This document shows, one piece after another, positions 1-10,927 of a DNA stretch of 64,000 bases. Under the pieces are notes generated by a model. It was not told where the DNA came from. It saw nothing but the letters and a program-made list of their open reading frames with translations, and made no database searches. The stretch spans positions 1 to 64,000 of the forward strand of contig CAWJZV010000018.1 in the NCBI GenBank assembly GCA_963847445.1, written 5' to 3'. This DNA is from an uncultured delta proteobacterium. Lineage in GTDB: Bacteria > Desulfobacterota > Binatia > UBA9968. The translations under genes and the position numbers were made by a program. Each line of letters begins with the position of its first letter. The first letter of the stretch is position 1.

Positions 1-9
1 TCACCGGTG

Positions 10-417
10 ATTGTGATCGCTTCGGGTTTGAGACATCGATTTCCGGTCTTCCTAACTAACAGGAGCAAACAGAGGAACTGAGTTTTACTTCAACAAAATT
101 TCTCTCTGTTATCTCTGTTACCTCCTGTTCAAAAGCTCCTCACCGGTTCGCCCCCGGCAGGATCAGCCCCGGCGGACTTGGATAAAACATGAAACACCGG
201 CGGCGCATTCTGCGGCAGCCGCAACCCGCTCTCAATGCTTGCCGCTGGACTATCAAGATCGTTCATTGTGATCGCTTCGGGTTTGAGACATCGATTTCCG
301 GTCTTCCTAACTAACAGGAGCAAACAGAGGAAACAGAGTTTTCTTTAAAACAATTCCCCTCTGTTCTGTTACCTGCTGTTCAAAAGCTCCTCACCGGTTC
401 GCCCCCGGCAGGATCAG
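10..417. repeat. Imperfect direct repeat of ~155 bp (copies 10-166 and 265-417), including the 3' end of the GxxExxY gene
   Basis: attgtgatcgcttcgggtttgagacatcg...ctcaccggttcgcccccggcaggatcag occurs twice with small differences in the middle. Confidence 0.95.
167..265 (-). pseudogene. 5' fragment of an anaerobic sulfatase maturase-like radical SAM gene
   Basis: MNDLD...PPVFHVLSKSAGA resembles the anSME N-terminus (FHxxxKPxGAxCNL) but stops at the repeat junction before the CxxxCxxC motif. Confidence 0.5.
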
Positions 418-800
418 TCGATGAACCCCATTCGTTAATTTCATTTCGTGAAAATTCATCAGCAATCCAACCGGTAAGACAACATCTCGAGAAGCTTCAT
501 GTAGCTCAATAATTGCGCTTTATGAATCGGTAGTAGTTTTTCGACGGCTTTTGCCTCGACCAACACGCAGCCGCCAACGAGCAAATCAAAACGTAACAGA
601 TCCTCCCGCGTGAAGCCTTTATATTCGATCGCCACAGTCCGCTGACAGACAAAAGGCAGACCGCGCAGTTCGAGTTCTTTCGTCAGGCACCACTCGTAGA
701 TCGACTCCATCAGACCCGGTCCCTTGTCGCGATGCACTTCAATGGCCGCGCCAATGACAACCTCAGTCAACCCGCAGGCTTTTTCGTATAGGAGGTGCAT
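391..800 (-). CDS. GxxExxY protein (PD-(D/E)XK-like); frameshift near 470-485
   Basis: IGAAIEVHRDKGPGLMESIYE motif, RFDLLV..VLVEAK, AQLLSY; C-terminus PVGLLMNFHEMKLTNGVHRLILPGANR* continues in another frame to 391. Confidence 0.9.
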
Positions 801-1007
801 GACTAATTTAAGACGAGGTAACAGAGAAGATCGAGTTTCTCCCAAAGATTCCCGTCTCTGTTATCTCCGTTTGCTCCTGTTCAAAATCCATTCTGTCTGA
901 GTTCGTTCTATTTAACAGGAGCAAACAGAGGAAACAGAGTTTTCTTTACAACAATTCCTCTCTTTCTCAGTTACCTCCTGATCAAATCTCTTCTCTGTTT
1001 GATTTTT

Positions 1008-1326
1008 TCATCCACCGCGCCGGCGGTCTTGTAAAAGCGCATCGAACCCGGCACCAGATTCTCCACCGGCGCGCCGGGATAGTCCGCGGCATTGAGCGGC
1101 CGCTCGGCGAGCGTGGCATAACCGGTGGCGGCGACGAAGGCGCGAATTTTTCGTTGGTTACCGTGTGGCGGTCGATCCAGAAACCGTCGACGCTGACTTC
1201 GTGAACCGGCCGCTCTTCAGGGTAAGACTCTTCCGAACCCATGCGAAAAGTTTCGCCGGCAATCCAGATGATATCGGGATACTGCGCACCGCCAGGTTGG
1301 TTGCTTGAAGCGATTATGTTGGCCAT
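1008..1326 (-). pseudogene. 5' fragment of a formylglycine-generating enzyme (SUMF1/FGE) family gene
   Basis: WIAGETFRMGSEESYPEERPVHEVSVDGFWIDRHTVTNEKF then (frameshift) FVAATGYATLAERPLNAADYPGA; breaks off next to a hairpin repeat. Confidence 0.8.
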
Positions 1327-1785
1327 CGGAGACCTGCGAAAAGAGAATTGAATAGGAGTTAACAGAGGAAACAGAGTATTCTTCGAAATCAATCTCTGTT
1401 ATCTCCGTTTGCTCCTGTTCAAAATCCATTCTGTCTGAGTTCGTTCTATTTAACAGGAGCAAACAGAGGAAACAGAGTTGAACAAGATCCATCTCAGTTC
1501 TCTTCGTTGCCTCCTGTTAAGTCTCTTCTTTCCGGCGGTTAATGCCAAAACGCCGCTGTGTTTATCGGACACCTGCCAAAGATAATTGAACAGGAGTTAA
1601 CCGAGAAAACAGAGTATTCTTCGAAATCAATCTCTGTTATCTCCGTTTGCTCCTGTTCGTTTACCTTCTTCTTTCCTCCCCCGCACCCGTCACACGTTTT
1701 CTTAGAGCCTCCCGCACCCCCCGGCGATACTAACGAAAAGCAAGCTGCGCCTGTATTGGACCTTAGTCCAATGGCTGAGCAACGA

Positions 1786-2631
1786 TCATTTCTGCTTCGC
1801 GCCGTGCAGCGCGGATTTCAAGGCGGCAACGGCATCCGCATGCGCCGCTAATCCAGATACCGACGCGCGCAAGACGACGGTGTTCTTGCCGATGGTGAAC
1901 GCGTCCGCCGATAAGTAGCCGCCGGAGCCGGCGGAGCGGATCGCGACGACCAAACTGGGCGAACCGCCGTTCCCCAGGTCGGCGAGAAAGACCTTGTCAA
2001 TCGTGCCGTCGCGGGCGCGGACGATCCCCGCCGAGAAGAAAGTGGTATCGTCATTCGATTGCGCACTCCTTGTCGCGTAAATGCGCACGCTGTAGCTACC
2101 GATCGAGCGGGCTTCAAAGTCGCCCTCGGCCACCACCGCCGTATGTCCGCTGGCGAGAGCGAGCTTGTGCACGAACCGGCCGGTCGGTTCGGCGCGCCAG
2201 AGCCGGTGGCGCACTTCGACGCCGGCGGGAACGTAGACGACGATCGGCAGGCGGCTGTTATAGCGCAGCAACCGCGGTTCGCCGCCGAGGCTGATGAAGC
2301 GCACGACCTGCGGCGCGTTTGGATCGACGGCCATCAGGGTTCCGGCCATGGGGCCAAGTTTGCGCAAGATGTAGCGCTCGAAACCCCACCCGGGAATAGT
2401 CTCGGTCTCGACGGTGCCGGCAAAGAAGTAGCTGTTTTTCGCATCCGTCTTTACCCTCTTGCCGATGATGAGCTCGACCTTTAAAGCGCTTTCGTCCGAC
2501 TGTTTCGGCAGGTTGATGACATGGCGAGTCATGCCCTCCTCAGCAGCCGGAAACGCCTTCATGACATCGGCAGCAAAAGCGAATGGGCTGGATACGAGCG
2601 TGACCAGTGCGATGGCTAAGATTGATCTCAT
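1786..2631 (-). CDS. Secreted ecotin / PliI lysozyme-inhibitor fusion protein
   Basis: Signal peptide; ecotin motifs KVELIIGK, GWGF, GTLMA, RYNSRLPIVVYVPAGVEVRHRLW; then PliI-like EARSIGSYSVRIY, RDGT, SAGSGGYLSADAF. Confidence 0.8.
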   Translation of the reverse strand: MRSILAIALVTLVSSPFAFAADVMKAFPAAEEGMTRHVINLPKQSDESALKVELIIGKRVKTDAKNSYFFAGTVETETIPGWGFERYILRKLGPMAGTLMAVDPNAPQVVRFISLGGEPRLLRYNSRLPIVVYVPAGVEVRHRLWRAEPTGRFVHKLALASGHTAVVAEGDFEARSIGSYSVRIYATRSAQSNDDTTFFSAGIVRARDGTIDKVFLADLGNGGSPSLVVAIRSAGSGGYLSADAFTIGKNTVVLRASVSGLAAHADAVAALKSALHGAKQK

Positions 2632-2818
2632 GGTTTTGCCTTGCATGAAAATATACCTGGCGTGCAGAAAAAGATTGTCACAATTACCGGGCCTAACCGC
2701 CGTGGCTCTTCATGGTCGTAACCTCCTTGGTTGCGATTTTTACCAACCATCTCTGGGCTAATTTCATTATCAGTCAAGTCTCACAAAGTTTTTTTAGCTG
2801 ATCTCTCAACCCGGTCCC

Positions 2819-2848
2819 TTGACACCTTCACTGCTCGCGCCCTATGAT
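2819..2848 (+). promoter_or_regulatory. Putative sigma70 promoter
   Basis: TTGACA-N18-TATGAT upstream of ATG 2915. Confidence 0.5.
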
Positions 2849-2914
2849 TCGCCGGTGTTTTCGTGCTTCGGCTATCGGCCGCAAGGCCTGGTTCCAGTCA
2901 GTTTGGAGGATAGT

Positions 2915-3943
2915 ATGAAACGCATCGCGTGGGCGCTCTTGTTTATCCTGGCCTCGGTCACGTTCGGGCAAGCTCAGACGCCCTTCTATCAAAAATAAAA
3001 CCATCAGGATCGTCGTCGGCAATCTTGCCGGCGACGCCTACGATCTGTATGGCTTATAATTTTCGCCCAGCATATGGGCAAATACATCGCGGGAAATCCC
3101 ACCATCATCGTGCAAAACATGACTGGAGCGGGCGGCGTGATCGCGGCCAACTACGTTTATTCCGTGGCCAAGCCCGATGGTCTGACCCTCGGCACATTCG
3201 GCCCTTCGACGTACTTCGACCAGCTGGCCCGGCGCCCGGAAGTGCGCTTTGACTGGGCGAAGTTCACCTGGCTCGGCACACCGGAGCAAACCGAATTTAT
3301 CCTGGTCATGCGGACGGACAATCCGTACCAATCCATCGAGGACGTGCGCAAGGCCGCGCAGCCGCCTAAGTGCGGCGCCACCGGCACGAGCACTTCCGGT
3401 TATTACATGCCGAAATTTTTGGACGAAGGGCTGGGGCATCAAGTTCACCATCGTGACCGGCTATCCCGGCGGCGGTGAGATTGACCTCGGCATCGAGCGC
3501 GGCGAGCTGCAATGCCGCAATCTTACCATCAGCACCTATTTCGCCCGCGAGCCGTTTCTGACCTGGCACAAGAAAGGATTTGTCCGGCCCATCCTGCAAA
3601 CCGGGAAGAAGCGAATCTCGTCGCCGACGTGCCGTCGATCTACGAGTTGATGGACCAATACAAAACCCCGGAGGCGACCCGGCGTGTGGCCAACGTCCTG
3701 CTCGCTCCCGCAGTCTTCGGCCGGCCGATGGTCGCCAGCCCGGGCATACCGCCCGACCGGGTGAAAATTTTGCGCGACGCTTACCACCAGTCGCTGAAAG
3801 ACCCGGCGCTGCTCGAAGAGTTGAAGAAGCGCCGTTGGGCGGTGGATGCGATCGGCGGTGAGGAGTTGGCCAAGCTGGCGAAAGAGGTGGTCTCGCAGCC
3901 GCCGGATGTGGTCGATCGGATGATGAAATTGTTGGGCAATTAG
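2915..3943 (+). CDS. Bug/TctC-family tripartite tricarboxylate transporter substrate-binding protein (several frameshifts)
   Basis: Signal peptide, KTIRIVVG, GNPTIIVQNMTGAGGVIAANY, KPDGLT, GYPGG, PGIPPDRVKILRDAY in successive frames. Confidence 0.85.
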
Positions 3944-4082
3944 TCAGGGTCCCTGCCTGCGGCGTCAAGCTGCAGCCGTCTCGGCGTGTGCTGCCAATTT
4001 GAGGCAGCGTCTAATACCGAGAATGCTCCGACTGCAATGATGGAAGACCTGACCCTGTCGCCGCTTTGACCCTGTCGCCGCT

Positions 4083-4237
4083 TGTAGAGCCAATGAACCG
4101 CCAGCTCCAACGCCCGGCGGCAGTGAAGAGGAGCTGCGCGAGTCCGGATAAACCAGCGACTCCGCCTGCGCCGCCGGTTCGAATAACATCGGCCACTCGC
4201 CGCGAAGAAACTCGAATTGGGAGTCGGTGGTCGCCAT
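4083..4237 (-). pseudogene. N-terminal fragment of a type I restriction enzyme R subunit (DUF4145-like)
   Basis: SQFEFLRGEWPMLFEPAAQAESLVYPDSR then LELAVHWLYK; truncated at a short tandem repeat (4050-4084). Confidence 0.65.
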
Positions 4238-4246
4238 TTCGCGATC

Positions 4247-5438
4247 CTAAGACGATAGGAATCCGTGGACCTTTGCTTTCGGCATTTCTTTTACCCGTTT
4301 GAAGAATTCGCTTTCGGTAATTTGTGTCGGCCATTCCAGGTTGATGGAAAGGATAATAGTCCACTTTATCGGCTGCCGTTTGGTCTCGATAGCCTGCAAC
4401 TCGACTAGATAGGATAAATCGCGTATCACCGCTTTTCGCGGATTTTTGACGTGATAGAGTCTGCCGTTTGTTTATGAATCTCAGCAATTTCTGACTTCCT
4501 CGATCCAACAGCATTTGCAGCAACTGCACGTGGCGATCTGACATGACCCGCTTTCGCGGCGAGCGCAGCCGGCCGAAGAGATCCGTCATGGTATTGCGAT
4601 AAAGCGCCTTGGCAACCTGGAGACGGATCTCTGCAAACAGCCTGTTGCATTGCTTCTCGATTCCCTTGAGAGCGAACTTGAGAAACGGCGTCAGATCGTG
4701 ACTGAGCGCGCGCGTTTCGGCGGAGAGCGTCCAGATAACCGGCTTTCTCCTCGTAATAATAATTCGACATGGCGATGAACAGCGTATCGCGCAAGCCGAC
4801 GCGCTGGAGCATCAACGCTTCCAGGGCGCGCGCCGTCCGGCCGTTGCCGTCGAGAAAAGGATGCATCGCGGCAAAGTGGTAGTGGAGCGCCAGCGCCTGA
4901 ATCAGTGGATCGTGAGCCCGAAAAATCGTCCGCGCTGCCTGGCACAACTGGCGCAACGCGGCTTCGCAATCCTCTCGCCTTCAACGCCGCGATGACGCGG
5001 CGTACCGAAAGTCACGTTATCGTCGCGCCCCCTGGGCCGCCCTGGAGGACAATGATCGTCGTCGCAACCGGAGACGATGCGGCGATGGATCTCACAAACC
5101 AACGACTCGTCGACCGGCCGATCCGTTTCAAGTTTGGCAATCCAACGATAAGTCGCCAATGCGCAAGCTGCTTGGCGCTGCGATCGAGTCTCAAGTTGTT
5201 GCGGCGTCTCCCGCATCGCGGCGTCCAGTTCTCTTTCCGTGAACTCCGCGCCTTCGATCCGCGATGTCCCGGCTACCTCGCGCTTGAGCTGGATTTGCTG
5301 GAGTTCCTCCGCCCAACTGCGCTGATAGGGGATCTGCGTCAGCGCCAGCATCGCCGCTTTCGCTCCAGTAAGTTCGACTTGCACCGCCGCCAGGTCGAAC
5401 AGAATCCACTGCCGGGGCGTCTCATAGGGGATCGTCAT
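4247..5438 (-). CDS. Fic family protein (frameshifted)
   Basis: TSRIEG N-terminal motif and HPFLDGNGRTAR Fic motif; pieces in ORFs 4902-5438, 4426-4956, 4011-4589, 4247-4429. Confidence 0.88.
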
Positions 5439-5693
5439 GAGCCTATTGTAGCTCAGTTCATTTCCGATAGGAACGCCTTAATCGACCCATAAAAATCGTT
5501 ATATATCAATTAGTTATATATATTATTACGCGCTGTCACAGCGTTTTCATTTCCCAGCTTCGTTTCCGTGTCATTTCCGGTCCGATGTCGTCGAGTGAGC
5601 TGGCAAGGTCGACAAACGTGTAGCTGTTTCATCGCCAAAAAGAAGCGTCATCCCGGCGAAGGCCGGGGTCCAGTCAGATGTCACAGCTCCATG

Positions 5694-6155
5694 TCACAGC
5701 TTGCTCACAGCTCTCCAAGGACATAGTGGCGGTTGGGATCGGTCGGTCCGAGTTGCCACCTCCCGAAGCAGTCCTTTGTCGAGCATCGCTTTGAGATCCC
5801 GTTGCAGAGTGCGGCGGTTGACCTCGGGAAAATTGCTTTCCAGCTCGCCTAACGTAATCCTGCCGTGGGCGAGCAAGTGATCGAGCGCCCGGTCTGCCGC
5901 GGATTGAGCCGATGCGCCCGGGCCACCACGTCAGTGCGTATCGCGACCTCGCCGCGCGCTTTCACTTCTTCCAACTGTGTGGCCAGACCGCCGACAAAAA
6001 ACTCCAGCCAGCCGGTCAGATCCATGCTCTGCTCTCGAACACCTTGAATCGCCCGGTAAAAAGCGCTCCGGTCGCGGTCATAATACTCGCTGATCGTAAA
6101 CAACCGCTTGAAGTCGTAACCCGCCCGGTAAAGACACAATGTCGACAGCAGCCGA
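5694..6155 (-). pseudogene. 3' fragment of a second Fic family protein with C-terminal HTH
   Basis: [55 protein letters not shown]; HPFxDGNG motif and N-terminus missing. Confidence 0.75.
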
Positions 6156-6262
6156 ATGCACTTTGAGCACTTTGAGGGTCAGGGCTAGAGTCGTAGTAAA
6201 TGGTTTCGAAGGGAAGGTCGGCGCCATCTCGTCTGTTACGGATCATCCAATCAACCGAGCAA

Positions 6263-6362
6263 TTCGCGATCGGGGTATGCACCCCGCTCGCGACCAAAGG
6301 GGATGTTCAACCCCCTTTGGAAACCCCAGCAATTTTCGTGCCCGCAGCAAGCTGCGGGGAAT
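6263..6362. repeat. Cluster of REP-like palindromes
   Basis: tcgcgatcggggtatgcaccccgctcgcga; ccaaaggggatgttcaaccccctttgg; cccgcagcaagctgcggg. Confidence 0.6.
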
Positions 6363-6421
6363 ATTAGATTTAACTTGCCATCCCGTATGCGGTTCTTTCG
6401 GCCGCCCAAACCAGCCTGGAG

Positions 6422-7445
6422 TTATTTCAGAATATCCTTTAGCTTCGCCACCAACCCTGGCTCCAGCTGCAACACGGCCTGCACGCTCTTCGCCAGCTCT
6501 TCGCCATTGACCGGATTGATTTCGAGATTGCCTTTTTTCGCTTCGGCGACGAAATCGCCGTCGACCAGGGTGTCCATGAAGGCTTTGCGCAGGAGCTGCA
6601 CGCGCTCTTTGGGCGTGTTGGGCGGCAATACGAAGGGGCGCACCGAGGCGCCATGGGCGAACGTCACGGCTTGCATCAGCTTCCTCGCCTCGTCGTTTTT
6701 CACCAGGTCGCCTGCCAGCGGATATTTGGTCAGCTCGGGGTGAGACTTGAAGGCGACGTGGAGCAGGATATTCAATTGTCCCGAGTCCATCTCGTTGCGC
6801 CAGGTCGAGCGCGTCGATTGCCAGGAGTTGCCGATGCCATGAATCTCGCCATTGTTGAATGCCAGGCGGATATCCGCCGTGCCTTTGTAGCCGGCGACGA
6901 TTTGAATCGGCACGCCAAATACCTCGCGCACCATCGCGGGGATGTCGTCGGTGCCGGCGCCAAACCCGGAGCCGCCAAACTTGACCGCGGTCTTGGCAGC
7001 CTGCCATTGCTGCATGCTCGTGACACCGGAAGCTTTCGAAACCCCGATGATAAATACGTCCTGCGCCGGGGCGCCGACATATTCGAATTTGCGCGCGTCG
7101 AACTCGATGCCCGGTTTGCCGAGCAGCTGCTGCAAAAACAACCCGCCGATGAAATGGCCGACCGTCAAGCCGTCCGGTTTGGCGACTTTATACATGTGAT
7201 TGGCCGATATCATGCTGCCGGCGCCGCTCATATTGTCGACGGCGATGGTCGGGTTGCCGGGAATATGCTTGCCCCAATGACGCGCCAAAAGCCGCGCATA
7301 GGTATCGTAGCCGCCGCCGGGCGGAAAGCCGACGAAGATGCGCAGTAGCTTTGCCACGGTAAAACTGCTCCTGGCTTAACGCCGGCGCGCCGCTACTCAG
7401 CAATCCGGCGAATATTAAACCCACGAGAAACAGTTTCTTGATCAT
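6422..7445 (-). CDS. Bug/TctC-family substrate-binding protein (frameshift near 7355)
   Basis: Signal peptide, VGFPPGGGYDTYAR, DNMSGAG, KPDGLT, GYKGTADIRLA. Confidence 0.9.
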
Positions 7446-7517
7446 CCCTGCCCTTTCCTGCTCCGTACCAAACCTTGAACTTTTGAACCCTTGAACCTTG
7501 AACGATTCCTACCGTCC

Positions 7518-8549
7518 CTACGGCACGAGAATCTGCTTCATCTTGGCCGCGAAGGCCGAATCGATCTTGTAGAGCCCGTGAACGATGGCTGCCAGTTCCT
7601 CGCCGGGATACATACTCGATGACGAAGTTCGCCTTCTTCGCCTCGGCGAGCAAGTCGGCATCCTTGAGCACGTCGGCAAACGCTTTGCGCAAAATTTGCA
7701 CCCGCCCTTTGGGCGTCCCGGGGGCGAGGAAATACGGCCGCGCCGAATAGGCCAGATCGTAGGCGCCATGTTTGATCAGCTTCTTTGCTTCGTCGGTTTT
7801 CGCGTAGTCCATCGCCGAAGCGACGGCGGCCAGCTCGGGATGTTTCTTCGGCATGACTTGAATGATCGGACTGACCTCGCCGGACTCGATCTGTTTGCGC
7901 CAGGTGGTTTTGTACGAATCCCAAGACAGACAACTGCCGGCCAGCTCGCCGCTTTCGGTCGCCAGACGAATGTCCGAAGTGCCTTTGTAGCCGTCGATCA
8001 CGCGGATCGGCAGGCCGAGCGCCGCCTGCAACACGCGCGGCAAGTCGGAGGCGAATCCGCCGGGACCGACGCCGCCGAAGCGCACCGGTTCCTTGGCGGC
8101 GAACCACCGGTCCATCGAGGTCACGCCGCTGGCCTTGGCAATGGCGCAAACTAAATGATCCACCGCCGGCGCGCCGAGATATTCGAATTTCTTGCCGTCG
8201 AACTCGATGCCCTTGGCGCCCATGACCTGCTGCAAGAACAAGCCGCCGGAGTTGTTGCCGATGGTCAGGCCATCCGGCTTGGCCTGCTTGAACATGTAGT
8301 TGGCGTGGATGAAGCCGCCGGCGCCGGTCATGTTGTCGACGACCACCGAAGGATTGCCCGGAATATACTTGCCGAGATGGCGCGCGATGGTGCGTGAATA
8401 GGTGTCATAGCCGCCGACCGGGGAGAACGCGACGATCAGCCGGACCGTCTTACCTCGGTAAAAACCATCGTCACTGGTTGCGGCGTGAACTGAATCTGCG
8501 AGACAACGCCCGATACACAGGCGAACACCACCAAGCTTTTCATCAACAT
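7518..8549 (-). CDS. Bug/TctC-family substrate-binding protein (frameshifted)
   Basis: FYRGKTVRLIV, GGYDTYSR, DNMTGAGG, KPDGLT, GYKGTSDIRLA. Confidence 0.88.
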
Positions 8550-8599
8550 CCGGTCACCCATTACTCCATCACTCCTATACTCCACCGCTCGAGCCCGTT

Positions 8600-8947
8600 C
8601 TAGGCGAACTTCTGGTAGATCGCATCGGTCTTCGCCGCCATGATGAAGTCGTTATGATGCAAGTTTTTGATCTTGTGCGTCCACCAGGTGACCGCGACTT
8701 TGCCCCACTCGGTGGTCAGACGCGGGTGGTGCCCTTCCTCTTCGGCGGCGGCGCCGACGGCATCGGTGAAGGCGATGGCGTCTTTGAAGTCTTTGAATTT
8801 GTACAGGCGGTCGAGTTTGGGAATGTTATCTTCACTGATAATCCGCCAGTCGGGAACTTTGGGATGCAGCTCTTTGATTTCATCCTCGGTCACCGACGGC
8901 GCGCCGACCCGGCACGCGACGCATTTCTGTTCAGTCAGCTCTTCCAT
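8600..8947 (-). CDS. phhB: Pterin-4-alpha-carbinolamine dehydratase
   Basis: EEEGHHP motif, WWTHKIKNLHHNDFIMAA. Confidence 0.95.
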   Translation of the reverse strand: MEELTEQKCVACRVGAPSVTEDEIKELHPKVPDWRIISEDNIPKLDRLYKFKDFKDAIAFTDAVGAAAEEEGHHPRLTTEWGKVAVTWWTHKIKNLHHNDFIMAAKTDAIYQKFA

Positions 8948-9061
8948 GTTAAACTCCTTTTGAGAAATTACTTTTCACCACGAAGTGAATCATCATCTTA
9001 CGCACGCCCACAGATAATGAAAATACCGGAAGCCCCCGCCCGAGGGTTCATTCCTTAGGCT

Positions 9062-9420
9062 CGTCATGCCGGCGTAGGCCGGCATCCAGAGGCGGGAGGG
9101 GGGATGGATACCGGCCTGCGCCGGTATGACGGAACAGAGAGTCGTTACCGATGCGCAGATCGTCGCTGCACGTGTATTTTCGAAGGAGTGCTTCATGAGC
9201 TTATGCTCGCCTACAGAGCATGAAAATGGTTGGCATTCCCAGAACATGCCCCCCTCCTCGATTCGTCATTCCCGCGCACGCGGAAATCCAGGTTTGTTCT
9301 GCGCCGAATTAGCCTAGATACCCGCTTTCGCGGGTAAGACGGAGCCAAGAAGGCGGGTTTCAAACCCGCCCCTACGACTCCCGATTCCTTTTTGCGCCCT
9401 TTGCGTTCTTTGCGGCCATT
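9062..9420. repeat. Intergenic cluster of REP-like palindromic elements
   Basis: cgtcatgccggcgtaggccggcatcca...tggataccggcctgcgccggtatgacg (9062-9131); cgtcattcccgcg...cgcgggtaagacg (9264-9341); ggcgggtttcaaacccgcccctac (9352-9375); relatives at 5646-5672, 10811-10832, 60069-60095. Confidence 0.8.
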
Positions 9421-9481
9421 CTTCTTTTCGGTTGCGGCTCCGCCGCGCTGTGTTCTTCGTGGTGAAACCTCTTAGCCATCC

Positions 9482-10547
9482 TTATCGTGAACTCACAAAT
9501 TCGGCATCACGTCCGTCGGCGAAGCGCTGCATGGCGTCTTTGACATCGGCGTGCGGCATATTGCCGATGTTGAACCAGCCGAGGATCTGCGTGGCGCTGG
9601 TTCGCTCGCATAGGGCTTGCAGTTTCGCCACGGCGAACGGTGCATCGCCGATGACCGCGTGTTTTTCGCAGACCGTGGCGTAGCCAACCATCGCGCCCGC
9701 CGCCGTGCGCAAGCGTGCCGGCAGTTCGACGCCGCGTTGGTTGAGCCAGTCGGTGTAATCCAACCGCAGATCGAGAATGGTCTTGAAATAGCTCATCACG
9801 CCGGCTTCGGCGCGCGCTTTGGCTTCCGCGGTGGTCTTGGCAATATGCATCGGCACGAGCAAGCCCAGCGACCGGCTTTTGCTGTCATGGCCATGCTTCT
9901 TCAATCCCGCCCAGTAGGCGTCGGCGAACTCGTAGACTTGATCGGGCATGCGCGTATGGATCGGCAAGAAACATATTCACGCCCAACCGCGCGCCGACTT
10001 CGACGCCGTCGAGGGAGCTGGTCGCCATCCAAAACGGCGGCAGCGGTTTTTGCACCGGCTTGGGATTGACGATCACTTCGGGGATTTGGAAAAACTTGCC
10101 GTTGTGAACCAACTTTTCGTCCGACCAGGCCTTGCGGATCACCTCCATCGCCTCGGCCATGACCTCGTGGGTCGCCTTGTGATCGGCGCCGAAACATTCG
10201 TAGGCCCGGCTGTGCGGATGGCCGCCGCCGCAGGCGAACTCCATGCGCCCGCCGCTGACCAGATCCAACATCGCCGATTGCTCGGCCAGCTGCACCGGAT
10301 GGTGCACCGGCAAGGTGTTGACGGCGACGCCCAGGCGCAATTTCTTGGTGCGCTGCGCCACCGCGCCGAGGGCGACGTAGGGCGCCGACATCAAGGAAAA
10401 CTTCGGCTGGCAATGGATCTCGGCAACCCAGTAGGTGTCGTAGCCCAGACGATCCGCGAGCTCGGCCTGGTCCATGAACTCGGCTAAGCGCTGCACCGGC
10501 GACGACCCCTCCGGACATTGGATTTCAGTAAATAGACTACATTTCAC
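9482..10547 (-). CDS. LLM-class flavin-dependent oxidoreductase (frameshifted near 9960)
   Basis: LADRLGYDTYWVAE, RTKKLRLG, HPVQLAEQSAMLDLVSGGR, PKPVQKP. Confidence 0.9.
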
Positions 10548-10606
10548 GATTGAACTACTTCCTCTCTCTGATTACCATCGTCGACAGGTTGCGGATTCGG
10601 ATATTC

Positions 10607-10870
10607 CTCGCGCCAAGGCGCAAAGGTCGCGAAGTGACAGGCCAGAGGCCTGTCAAGCTGAACGAATGCGAAAGATCTGCAAAGGATTTCTCCAACGTTC
10701 GGAATGACAACGTTCGTCATTTCGCCCTTTGCGCACATTGCGGGAGAAATTCCGAAATTCGGTTACGGCTGTCACCGACAGGCGAACCTTTTGTCTCCAT
10801 CGAAGCCAGGAGGGCGGGTTTCAAACCCGCCCATCGCGCCGTTACTGTTTGCGCCCTTTAGCGCCATTCT
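10607..10870. repeat. Intergenic palindromic/REP-like elements
   Basis: cgcgccaaggcgcaaagg...ccctttgcgcacattgcg and gggcgggtttcaaacccgccc. Confidence 0.55.
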
Positions 10871-10927
10871 TTTTTTGGCAGGAATGACTCCTGAGATATC
10901 GCGAATGCAGGCACGTTGGCTCACCGC

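Larger units (their letters stand above)
58..1657. repeat. Seven ~70-bp imperfect palindromes (58-129, 313-380, ~810-881, 914-980, 1351-1419, 1452-1518, 1589-1657)
   Basis: Consensus AACAGGAG-nn-AACAGAG-nn-AACAGAG ... CTCTGTT-nn-CTCYGTT-nn-CTCCTGTT read in each copy; 855-941 and 1393-1479 are an identical 87-bp repeat. Confidence 0.9.

Noticed and set aside
58-1657. Hairpin repeats as a CRISPR array or integron attC sites
   Set aside because: Repeats are degenerate, ~70 bp, with spacing from ~30 to >400 bp; no cas or integrase gene; only one copy fits RYYYAAC/GTTRRRY, which the palindrome itself explains
1755-1772. Perfect inverted repeat ATTGGAC-CTTA-GTCCAAT
   Set aside because: Single copy; cannot distinguish an operator from a terminator stem downstream of the ecotin fusion
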